The position numbers were made by a program, and so were the translations under genes. Under the pieces are notes generated by a model. The model had not been told where the DNA came from and did no database searches. It worked only from the letters and a program-made list of their open reading frames with translations. A stretch of DNA of 63,895 nt, counting the filler, from Octopus bimaculoides (Eukaryota): the NCBI RefSeq assembly GCF_001194135.2. It is 5 parts of 3 records of this genome, joined end to end, with 100 filler letters (N's around TTAATTAATTAA, not from the genome) between each part and the next. Parts side by side here need not be neighbours in the genome. Positions count along the whole stretch, not along the records: positions 40,313 to 57,349 come from NC_068983.1; positions 57,450 to 62,771 come from NC_068983.1; positions 62,872 to 63,895 come from NW_026408968.1; 2 more parts are not named here. One strand, given 5' to 3'. This document shows, one piece after another, positions 52,201 through 63,895 of this stretch (positions are counted from its first letter, which is position 1; each line of letters opens with the position of its first letter).

Positions 52201-53242
52201 AGCTTGATGGAGTTGAACATAAAAATTGAACTACCTTACCTGGTATTAGCGGACGAAGTCTATTAAATCTATTGAGAAATTAAGATAAATCAATGATGGA
52301 ATTGTGGCATAGTAGCGTGCTAGATTAATAATATAGTTATTTAGTTATTTAGTGATGTGTTTTGCTCGGGCTAAAATGACGTATATTGTGTACAATAGTT
52401 TTGAGGTGGTATAGTCTTCTACGTTGAAATGATATTAAGTTTTAGACTTTCGTTGGTTTAGTGCCAAGGTGGTGTAGACGTTGGTGCTACATGTGTTACG
52501 GTGGATTGATGTATGAAGTGAAGAAGTGGTATAGTGCTGTAGCACTCTAGTCTTGTACTGCATAGGTTTTGGTATTGTAGCGTTTGTTGATGTCCTCAAG
52601 CGGAGTTTTTGTACTATGGTGGTGGTGATGGTGTAGTGTTGCGGTTATATAAAGATGTGTTCTAATTACGTGGTAATCTTGTGATGTGGTGTTGTTATTG
52701 TATGGTTGTGTCGTAATATACTAATTTAGTAATATAGTGGTATAAATGTAGGCGTGTGTACTGATTAGGTAATTTACTGGTATGTTAGTGCAGCAATCTT
52801 TTGGGATACATATCTGGTAGCCATGCTAGCTGCTAATGAATAACTCAGGTGTAATTGTATGATAAAATGGCAGAGTAAGGGGAATAACTTGCATACTGTT
52901 CGAGCATATTTAAAAGGCACTGGTTTTACTGTGTAACAGACAGAATATATATGTTCACATGCTAGTACACTTTTGCTTAATGTGGTTGAAGAGTGGTTTG
53001 CATGTCAATAAAATACTGGCTAACATTAGTAAATAAAAGAATGTCTCAGTGAGTTGAAGTTATCTGAATAAGAGATTGGTAATGTAGAGTTTGTGAGAGT
53101 AAAATGTTGGCCAAAGAAATGAATATTTCGGCCAGAAAACCATAGGGAGTTTTATTTCACAAGGATCTTTTGTAGTTTGTATTGTAATAATATATTTCCT
53201 CTCTTAACAGATTGCGTAGTCTGTTTTCGTTGTTCCACATAA

Positions 53243-53295
<53 letters not shown>

Positions 53296-53619
53296 GTGCA
53301 CTCGCAGACATACACACACGTACACATGCATGCACACGCGCAAGCATACATACATATATATATATACATATAATGTAACAAACTGAGGAAAAGAAAACCT
53401 TCAAAGGGTTGTGTTAAACATCCAGTTCACTGGCATTTCTGTTCAATACTATAAAAATATTGGTATAATTCAAAAATTAAGATAAGTTAAATATAGAGAT
53501 ATTCTATTGACAATTGAATAATTTATTTATACTATATTAAATTCTATGAATGTAATATATAACAGAGCATAATATTATATAATTAGTTATAAAAACCGTA
53601 AAAGGCCAACACATTGTTT

Positions 53620-54060
53620 TGACTTATATATATGTTTTTTTTTTTCTGATATGCATAATCACAGTTCCATTCAGGGTCATTGGTTCAGAAAGACGAAATT
53701 CCGTGTGAAAGTGAAATGACGGCTGGATTGCAAAAATTAAGAGGTAATTCGCAACTTTATAGACTAACAAGAACAATGTTATGCACATTTCGAGGCCCAC
53801 ACAACGAAAAGGAAGCACTAAACATGCAAAAGTACATTAAACATGGAAAAGCACAAACAAGTTTAATTCTATCCCACCTCACATAGAAAAACATCTAAGA
53901 CGTGATAACTATAAGAGAAGTAGACTGCACTAGTACTTCGATGGTACACAGTAGATTTCAATCATTTAGACCAACGTATAGCGAAGTACTTTGATCATGG
54001 GCACGAGTCGCAGTCTAGGACAGAAATAGAAACCCTGCTTTTAAAAGCATGAACTGAACA
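53620..54060 (+). mobile_element. Decayed Penelope-like GIY-YIG fragment
   Basis: RGPHNEKEALNMQKYIKHGKAQTSLILSHLT weakly resembles GIY-YIG R..EH...S...HL. Confidence 0.35.
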
Positions 54061-55015
54061 CTACAGGTGTGTTTATAAGCAAGTAACTACGTATCAAACC
54101 AAGGAGGTGAAATGGCAGAACATGATGCTTTGTGGGATTTGTTTCGGCTCAAATCCTGCCATGACATACTTGTTGGCTAGATTTCGCTAGAGTTTCACGC
54201 CGTTATTTTCCTCCAACCCTTTAATCAGTACCGGTCCCCACGTCGAGTCTCATGCAAAATGCCTTCCCTCCTGACACTTTGAACATATTGTTCAGCAACT
54301 CCGATACTCCCAACAAAAACAGTAATTAGACAAATATATATCGTTATAGACGGCATCGAGTGAAGCATTGCATTGCACTGCATTTTCTGATAGTTGTTTC
54401 AGTGCATAATCTGAAACACTGCTGAAAAAGGAGTAAATGTGACAATTTACGCCAAAAATTTAGAAAACCTCATCGAATAGGACATCTACAACATACAATT
54501 TCCCAAATTCAGTATCATAATGCCCGTCTTTTATACATTCTCTTCAGGTTGTACTCATAAAAGTTTCTAATATCATAAATACAATACATACCATGTCATT
54601 CGCAGACGTAATGGCCTATGTTTTCAGTGACAGATTTGCTAAGTCTCCTTGAAAATTAAGCAAGCATTCCTAAAATTAAAAATCTTTATTGCTTACAGTG
54701 TCTCCGAAGACACAATCACTCTTAACGGAATTGCATCGAAGGTAAAGATTGTGTCTATGCAGATGATTTTGTATAAGAGTTTTAGAAAATCCTCCTAGAA
54801 AATATAATGTAAAAATACAAATCAAGAAATAAACGTTAATTAATGTCATATATAGCTATGTTGCTGATAACTAAGCTAATAAAAGCATTGCGCAAAGAAA
54901 GATATATATATATATATTAAAGTGGGGATGTTAATCACATGTGAAACATTAATTTGAAAAGAACAACCACAGTAAATCAAAGTAAAAACAACAACAACAA
55001 CAACAACAACAATAA

Positions 55016-55068
<53 letters not shown>

Positions 55069-55329
55069 TTTCCGGGGAAGTNNNNNNNNNNNNNNNNNNN
55101 NNNNNNNNNNNNNNNNNNNNNNNNNNNNNNNNNNNNNNNNNNNNNNNNNNNNNNNNNNNNNNNNNNNNNNNNNNNNNNNNNNNNNNNNNNNNNNNNNNNN
55201 NNNNNNNNNNNNNNNNNNNNNNNNNNNNNNNNNNNNNNNNNNNNNNNNNNNNNNNNNNNNNNNNNNNNNNNNNNNNNNNNAGTAAGTAATGCTCATTAAA
55301 ATTTATTTCTATTTTTCCAAATATAATGA

Positions 55330-57349
55330 TGTACTTTAACTTGATACATCCACTACCCGCACAGCGATCGTAAACACACGTGTTACATCAAAACCAAACC
55401 ATCTTCGAACCCAAAAATAACATGTACAAAAAAATTACAAACAGATTAAATAACACCGGTATTATTACACCCGAGAATAACAACCGAGAAATGCGTACTG
55501 TAAGCTTGTTACGAAAAGAATACGAAGATCTGAACGTGCAAAACAATCTGACAACAGAAATAAACGAACCGGTACCCTACGAAAACGATGACCGTCAAAA
55601 TAAAGGACCGGACGTTGTTCCTCATGTCCCGCAAACAAAACCAAAACGACATAAATGCACACGTGAGGATTACATTTCGATACTATACGCCTATTTCACA
55701 GCAGTGCTCTACCCAAAAAACGAAAACGCAACAACACATACATATCAAAATATGGAAGAAAAATAATGTAAATATAGACCTCGATAAAACAATGAACCCT
55801 AGCAAACTAGCTAACATAAGAAGATATATTCTAAAAGCAAAAAACATATCTGAAATAGAAATAGAACAATTGAAAGGAAAAATACGTCATGAAAATCTAG
55901 ATAGTAGTCACACAGCAATGCCAAATAATAATATAAACACTGAGATAGCAAAACACGAGGACAAACGTAACATTTCCGGCAAAAACCAAATAAACAAAAA
56001 AACACAAACCCAGACCGTAGAGATGTATAAAAGTGTACAAAAAGCACCAATCCAGAACACCACAGACAAACATATGAATGAAAAGGAAGGCAAAACAAAT
56101 CTAAAGCCTGGAAATAACGAAGGGAAACCTAATAATTACGATACTATGAAAATGAGAATAACCAAAGAACTGAAAACCACAGATCTTAGAATGGATCACA
56201 GATTATATCTCCGAAAAATCAAAATAGACAATAACACAACGTCAATAATAAATAGCATAAACCTGGCCGTCACGGAACTAACAACCACAGAAACAACAGG
56301 CAATATCACTGAGCTAAATTACATAATATATGCGGCAGCCACTGCAGCCACAAAAGAAGCAGGATACTCACTCAAACCNNNNNNNNNNNNNNNNNNNNNN
56401 NNNNNNNNNNNNNNNNNNNNNNNNNNNNNNNNNNNNNNNNNNNNNNNNNNNNNNNNNNNNNNNNNNNNNNNNNNNNNNNNNNNNNNNNNNNNNNNNNNNN
56501 NNNNNNNNNNNNNNNNNNNNNNNNNNNNNNNNNNNNNNNNNNNNNNNNNNNNNNNNNNNNNNNNNNNNNNNNNNNNNNNNNNNNNNNNNNNNNNNNNNNN
56601 NNNNNNNNNNNNNNNNNNNNNNNNNNNNNNNNNNNNNNNNNNNNNNNNNNNNNNNNNNNNNNNNNNNNNNNNNNNNNNNNNNNNNNNNNNNNNNNNNNNN
56701 NNNNNNNNNNNNNNNNNNNNNNNNNNNNNNNNNNNNNNNNNNNNNNNNNNNNNNNNNNNNNNNNNNNNNNNNNNNNNNNNNNNNNNNNNNNNNNNNNNNN
56801 NNNNNNNNNAATGCATAAAAAGCTGGCAGAAAACTTTAACAACATACTAGCAGAGCCAGAGACAATGCCTGAATGGCTGACAAAAGGGAAAAACCATCTT
56901 AATCCCCAAATCCACGGAAACGGAGAAACCACAAAACTATAGACCTATAATCTGTCTCCGTACGATCTACAAAGCCTTTACAGCAATAATATGGCAGAGA
57001 TTGACTAAACACCTGGAAAATAACATCCTGTTTCCAGAAGAGCAGAAGGGATGCTGCAAGGGCTCATACGGCTGTAAAGATCAATTATTGATCAATAAAG
57101 CCATAACTGAAGACAGCCGCAGAAAGAAGAAAGACCTCAGTATGGCCTGGGTGGACTACCAAAAGTCGTTCGATATTGTTCCCCACACGTGGATTCTGGA
57201 AACGCTAGCCATAAACTAGGTGGTACCAATTATTATAAAATACATAGGGCACTCAATGAACAAATGGCAAACAGTGCTACAGCTCGATACAAAAGAGGGA
57301 CTTCTGAAAACGAAAGCCATCCCCATTAGAAGAGGAATATTCCAGGGAG
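55330..57349 (+). mobile_element. Relatively young R4/Dong-like LINE (N-terminus and RT), gapped
   Basis: RHKCTREDYISILYAY, long open stretch 55789-56378, PEWLTKG, NYRPIICL, EQKGCCKGSYGCKDQLLINK, AWVDYQKSFDIVPHTW, IRRGIFQG. Confidence 0.9.
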
Positions 57350-57449
57350 NNNNNNNNNNNNNNNNNNNNNNNNNNNNNNNNNNNNNNNNNNNNTTAATTA
57401 ATTAANNNNNNNNNNNNNNNNNNNNNNNNNNNNNNNNNNNNNNNNNNNN

Positions 57450-57493
<44 letters not shown>

Positions 57494-57863
57494 GAACGGT
57501 AAATGAAAGAGTCGCATCAGATACATTAAGATAAAATTTACTTGGAATTGGATGCGTGGTGTTCAATCAAATCATGATATATATAATATATATATATGCA
57601 TATATACACACACATATGTACATACATATATATGCATGTATATAGGTATGCAATGTTTTCCATTGTTGCTTTCGTCCTTTGCTTACCCAACATTATTTTC
57701 CTATTTCATGTTGTTTACTTTTGTGACGTCCTGTACCCATATAAGCATACCTATATACATACATCTGTATGTATGTACATATGTGTGTGTATATGCATAT
57801 ATATATATTATCTATATTATTATTTGATGGAAAGCCACGCATCCATTTCTAAGAAAGATTTAC

Positions 57864-57931
<68 letters not shown>

Positions 57932-58814
57932 ATATATATATATANNNNNNNNNNNNNNNNNNNNNNNNNNNNNNNNNNNNNNNNNNNNNNNNNNNNNNNN
58001 NNNNNNNNNNNNNNNNNNNNNNNNNNNNNNNNNNNNNNNNNNNNNNNNNNNNNNNNNNNNNNNNNNNNNNNNNNNNNNNNNNNNNNNNNNNNNNNNNNNN
58101 NNNNNNNNNNNNNNNNNNNNNNNNNNNNNNNNNNNNNNNNNNNNNNNNNNNNNNNNNNNNNNNNNNNNNNNNNNNNNNNNNNNNNNNNNNNNNNNNNNNN
58201 NNNNNNNNNNNNNNNNNNNNNNNNNNNNNNNNNNNNNNNNNNNNNNNNNNNNNNNNNNNNNNNNNNNNNNNNNNNNNNNNNNNNNNNNNNNNNNNNNNNN
58301 NNNNNNNNNNNNNNNNNNNNNNNNNNNNNNNNNNNNNNNNNNNNNNNNNNNNNNNNNNNNNNNNNNNNNNNNNNNNNNNNNNNNNNNNNNNNNNNNNNNN
58401 NNNNNNNNNNNNNNNNNNNNNNNNNNNNNNNNNNNNNNNNNNNNNNNNNNNNNNNNNNNNNNNNNNNNNNNNNNNNNNNNNNNNNNNNNNNNNNNNNNNN
58501 NNNNNNNNNNNNNNNNNNNNNNNNNNNNNNNNNNNNNNNNNNNNNNNNNNNNNNNNNNNNNNNNNNNNNNNNNNNNNNNNNNNNNNNNNNNNNNNNNNNN
58601 NNNNNNNNNNNNNNNNNNNNNNNNNNNNNNNNNNNNNNNNNNNNNNNNNNNNNNNNNNNNNNNNNNNNNNNNNNNNNNNNNNNNNNNNNNNNNNNNNNNN
58701 NNNNNNNNNNNNNNNATATATATATATATATATATATATATACGTATATACTTACATATACATATATTCATACATATGTATACCTATGTGCGTGTTTGAG
58801 TAGCTTCGTATCTC

Positions 58815-58995
58815 TGTATGCCCCCAACGCCGCTTCTCCCTCGGCCGCTTCGCAACTGGTATTGGTATGTTTACGTCCCTGCAAAAAAGACTAAATAGAA
58901 TAAGTGATAGGCTTAAAAAAGACAACTAAAAATTCTCCAAGGCGGTGACCCAGCATGGCCGCGATCTCGTAAGTGAAACGATTATAAGATAAAAG
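58815..58995 (+). mobile_element. SINE 3' portion
   Basis: ggtatgtttacgtccc...aggcggtgacccagcatggccgc...gataaaaga matches the tail of the 7705-8112 family. Confidence 0.75.
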
Positions 58996-60251
58996 ACATA
59001 TATACTGATATATATGTATGTCATGTCAATCTTTATTTTATATCTTTGTCCTATTTTTTTTATATCTTTATCTTATTTCTCCTTTGAAAAGCAACCGCTC
59101 CGATTTAAATTCACGTGATCTCAAACAAACGCCCAAACGCTCGCGTGTGTACACACATTGATAAACATATGCACGCGCGGACGTGGACACAATGATATTT
59201 CCTCAAAGTCCTTTATTATTCTGCCCATTCTTCATTTTATCTCACAAATACATCGTTTTCTTTTTATCTGAGTCTTCCACGATTAGGTTCCGTCTCTATG
59301 TTTTGTTTAAATTAAAGAAATGTTTGATTATCTCCAGAGGTTAATGAGTCACCTTTTCTCAACATTTTATTCTTTAGGGTCCAACAGGAATTGATTCAAT
59401 TTACATTTTATTAATGTCATGCGCCGTTCACAATTATATCCTAGTTCCAGTGCCATCAATTTTGTACCACTATTCATTATCAGGTCTTCCATAATATATC
59501 ATATCTATTTGATATATATTCATACATGTATGCATGTATACGTATATGTGTATATANNNNNNNNNNNNNNNNNNNNNNNNNNNNNNNNNNNNNNNNNNNN
59601 NNNNNNNNNNNNNNNNNNNNNNNNNNNNNNNNNNNNNNNNNNNNNNNNNNNNNNNNNNNNNNNNNNNNNNNNNNNNNNNNNNNNNNNNNNNNNNNNNNNN
59701 NNNNNNNNNNNNNNNNNNNNNNNNNNNNNNNNNNNNNNNNNNNNNNNNNNNNNNNNNNNNNNNNNNNNNNNNNNNNNNNNNNNNNNNNNNNNNNNNNNNN
59801 NNNNNNNNNNNNNNNNNNNNNNNNNNNNNNNNNNNNNNNNNNNNNNNNNNNNNNNNNNNNNNNNNNNNNNNNNNNNNNNNNNNNNNNNNNNNNNNNNNNN
59901 NNNNNNNNNNNNNNNNNNNNNNNNNNNNNNNNNNNNNNNNNNNNNNNNNNNNNNNNNNNNNNNNNNNNNNNNNNNNNNNNNNNNNNNNNNNNNNNNNNNN
60001 NNNNNNNNNNNNNNNNNNNNNNNNNNNNNNNNNNNNNNNNNNNNNNNNNNNNNNNNNNNNNNNNNNNNNNNNNNNNNNNNNNNNNNNNNNNNNNNNNNNN
60101 NNNNNNNNNNNNNNNNNNNNNNNNNNNNNNNNNNNNNNNNNNNNNNNNNNNNNNNNNNNNNNNNNNNNNNNNNNNNNNNNNNNNNNNNNNNNNNNNNNNN
60201 NNNNNNNNNNNNNNNNNNNNNNNNNNNNNNNNNNNNNNNNNNNNNNNNNNN

Positions 60252-60285
<34 letters not shown>

Positions 60286-60304
60286 TGTGTGTGTATACGT
60301 GTGT

Positions 60305-60339
<35 letters not shown>

Positions 60340-60364
60340 TTGTATGTATAATCATTGACCTTTG

Positions 60365-60401
<37 letters not shown>

Positions 60402-62519
60402 AATGCCCACGTGCCTACTTCCATACATATCTACCTACTAAACATACATACATAATACATAAATACACACATACTCCCACACTCACACACACACACATAC
60501 ACACATACACACACACATATATATATATACTCACACACACACGTATACCTGCATACATGCATACAGTTACAGATATATACGTGCGTCAAAAAAATACAAA
60601 GCGTACACAAACATACATATCAATAATGTCCTTGTCATTATTTTCAGAAACTTTAAAAAATATTTTCCTAACGCTTTTTGAATATTCAGTTGTTTATTTA
60701 TTTACTTATTGTTTATTTGTAATTATTTTCCCGGCCTTACTTCAAAAGTGGCAATAATTACGGTGTATTTGTTCTGAACTTAAATAAATATTGCAATTTT
60801 AGAGGAATTCAACAGCTTCGTTGCTCGCTTCCCAAATATCAATACAAATCAGCCCAATATCTTTAAGTATATCATCATTCCAAAGAATCTATAATTAATT
60901 AAAAGAAAATTGCAACAAACAAGCGTCAAACAACAGGCAATATATAAAGTGTTATTCTCAGAGGCTTTCATAAATTATGTATTTTCTTATCGTCATCATT
61001 TAGCTGTGTTTAAAAATACCTTTCAGAATTCAAAACGGCATGTAATTCGGTGTGGATGGTTGTTTGATATTTTGCAATAATTCATTCTTGTTTTAATTTC
61101 GCTTTAGCCTACTTCTGCTTCGCGTGTACAACTATTCATATATCTGCATGTGTACACGCACACACAAACACACAAAACATACATATGTATGTATATATAC
61201 ATATCTGAATATACATATATATATATATAGATACACGAAATGCATGATACCAATATGCTCACGCATATATCCTTATATACATATATACACAGACGTATAT
61301 ATACGCATACAGTCATATATATATATGTATCTGTGTAAGTGTGTCCTATATACATGTCTGTTGTGTGTATGTATGTGTGTATGTGTATATGTGTATGTGT
61401 GTATATACGAATATATGCGTACGTATGAACACATTCTTTATGTCTACTTTTGTTTACCTGCCTTCCCTTCTTCTAACATCATTTATATATATATACACAC
61501 ACACGTAGGGGAGCATGTGTGTAAATATGACCGTGTATAGATATGCGTGTATGTTTATGTGCGTGATGCGTACGAGTGCTATAAAACTTTTGCGATAGAT
61601 GTTGGTCTATTATTGTTTGGTATCTTCTCTCTTTAATCTTTAATCTTTCTTCCTTTCTCTTTTCCTTTTTTGTGCTTCTTTGTGTTCTAATTCCTAACCT
61701 GATTGAAGGTNNNNNNNNNNTATATATATATATATATATATATGTATATACGTATATATATATACACACACACGTAGGGGAGCATGTGTGTAAATATGAC
61801 CGTGTATAGATATGCGTGTATGTTTATGTGCGTGATGCGTACGAGTGCTATAAAACTTTTGCGATAGATGTTGGTCTATTATTGTTTGGTATCTTCTCTC
61901 TTTAATCTTTAATCTTTCTTCCTTTCTCTTTTCCTTTTTTGTGCTTCTTTGTGTTCTAATTCCTAACCTGATTGAAGGTGTTCTCGAATTTTCTTCTCAT
62001 TATAGCTGCTGTCATTTTGTTTATAGTTCTTATAACTATTTTCTTTTTTTCTCTCTCTTCTTCTTGTCCTTTTTTGTGTTTTTTCATATTCGTGCTTCAA
62101 TCTCTTATTTCCTTTTTGTTTCCCTAGTTTCATATATTTATTTAATTGTTGGAGGTATTTTTTTTTTTTCTGCATTTATAAGCAACTTTGTTTTCAAAAT
62201 TACTAAATGTATTCACTACTTAGAACAGATACACAGTAGGTTGTCGCTTGGATGATAAAATAATACGGATTAAAAGCAGAAAACAAAACACATGAAATCA
62301 GGGAAATATCGCGGACCTGAGAAAATTCGTGTGCATGAGAGCAGACGCATATTGAATAAAAGAAACTGAGAATGTGGAATGTATATACATATACATACAC
62401 ACACAAACGCACACACACACACGCACACACACACGTACACACACACACACATCCACACACACACATATATATATATACATACGTTTGTGTGTGAATCTAT
62501 GTATATATGCATATGTGCG

Positions 62520-62582
<63 letters not shown>

Positions 62583-62596
62583 GAATATATTTATAT

Positions 62597-62771
62597 ATCT
62601 ATATATATAAAAATGCGAATGTGTGTCTGTCTGTCTGTCTGTTGTCTGTCTGTCTGTCTGTCTGTCTGACTGTCTGTCTGTCTGTCTGTGTGAATCCCTA
62701 AAACTCGAGAACTACGCAACCAATTTCATTCAAATTTTACACATGCCTTACTTAGGGTTCCAGTTGTGTTT
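62597..62771 (+). mobile_element. Non-autonomous Helitron-like element 5' end
   Basis: TCTATATATATAAAA start, (GTCT)n tract, then aactacgcaaccaatttcattcaaatttt. This layout resembles DINE-1/Lep1-type elements. Confidence 0.55.
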
Positions 62772-63316
62772 NNNNNNNNNNNNNNNNNNNNNNNNNNNNN
62801 NNNNNNNNNNNNNNNTTAATTAATTAANNNNNNNNNNNNNNNNNNNNNNNNNNNNNNNNNNNNNNNNNNNNTCCGGTGTGCCCTGCTCTATATTACCTAA
62901 CGTGTCCTTATTAGACAGATAAGGTTATAGAGACCTTATCGGACACTTAAGGGGAAAATAGAGCAGGGCACCACACTACGTGTGAGAAAGTGTAAAACCG
63001 GAAGAAAAGAAAGAAGGTGGATAAGTTACGGTTAGAATGCGTTTGATCATACATCGGTCAACAACTGACTTCTACAGGGAATAATATGTCTAAAGAGAAG
63101 TAAAGGTGAGAGAAGGTAGACAACGACCCATACACACACACACACACAAAACTATAAACGTACACACATAAATACATACACACACTAGTGTATTGATGGA
63201 TAGAGACAGAAAAGATGAAAGGGCAGACCTCTCTCTCACTCTCTCCAACCCACACAGAGAATATGTGTGTGTGAGAGAGGGAGAGAGAGGGGGGAGGGAA
63301 GGAGGGAGAGAAAGTC

Positions 63317-63354
<38 letters not shown>

Positions 63355-63594
63355 AGCATATAGAAGCAGAGCATCATCAAAGTGTTTTCGGAAACAAAAA
63401 AAAAACATACTAAGGAAAAAAAAAAGGACAAAAAAGGACAAAAAATTCCAAGTAGTAAATTTATGGCTGTGGACATTGTCGGGTACAAGGGGTGGCATTG
63501 AGTACAAATCTACCCCAGCGTAGGAGTAGAAGGGTATCAGCGCTGTAAACTGGGTAGTGAAGAGAGGTAGGAGGAAGGGAATTAACACTATGCG

Positions 63595-63825
63595 GCGGAG
63601 GGGCATGGCTTGGTGGTTAGAGCGTTGAACTCATGATCCAAAGATTGTGGTTTCGATTCCTGGACCAGGCGATGCGTTGTTCTTGNNNNNNNNNNTTGTT
63701 CTTGAGAAAAATGCTTTCATTTCACTTCGCTCCAGTCTACTCAGCTGGTAAAAATGAGCTTATCTTGCGACGGACTGGCGCCCTGTCCAGGGAGATATAT
63801 ATACGTCAGAGAAATGGAGAAACCG
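63595..63825 (+). mobile_element. tRNA-headed SINE
   Basis: A box tggcttggtggtt, B box gtttcgattcc, body cagtctactcagctgg...gacggactggcgccc. Confidence 0.85.
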
Positions 63826-63852
63826 GCCCTATGCTCCTTACGGTTGAGAGAG

Positions 63853-63895
63853 TGGAGGCGCAATGGCCCAGTGGTTAGGGCAGCGGACTCGCGGT
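63853..63895 (+). mobile_element. tRNA-like SINE head cut by window end
   Basis: ggaggcgcaatggcccagtggttagggcagcggactcgcggt. Confidence 0.7.

Overview
Repeat-dense, AT-rich eukaryotic genomic DNA with many N gaps. The tRNA-headed SINE families, microsatellite load and gene content point to a cephalopod, probably Octopus (inference). One host gene is supported: an interleukin-17-like cytokine with a main exon at 15685-16197 (+) and a probable 5-codon first exon at 6379-6393 across a ~9.3 kb TE-filled intron. The rest is transposon-derived: CR1/Jockey-like and RLE-type (R4/Dong-like, NeSL-like) LINE fragments, several Penelope-like element (PLE) fragments, a complete hAT/Buster element with an exact 8-bp TSD, a Tigger/pogo remnant, many SINEs and palindromic MITE-like elements. 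The main unexpected signal is five hammerhead ribozyme cores (CUGANGA...GAAA...UH) on the + strand at about 14328, 19655, 21859, 28873 and 44488, plus several decayed or truncated ones. Two belong to one composite element (PLE ORF end, tRNA-like A/B boxes, (AAT)n, hammerhead, tail). One sits in a 367-bp partial tandem repeat. One lies in sense orientation inside the inferred IL-17 intron. All structures were paired by eye; none was folded computationally or tested.
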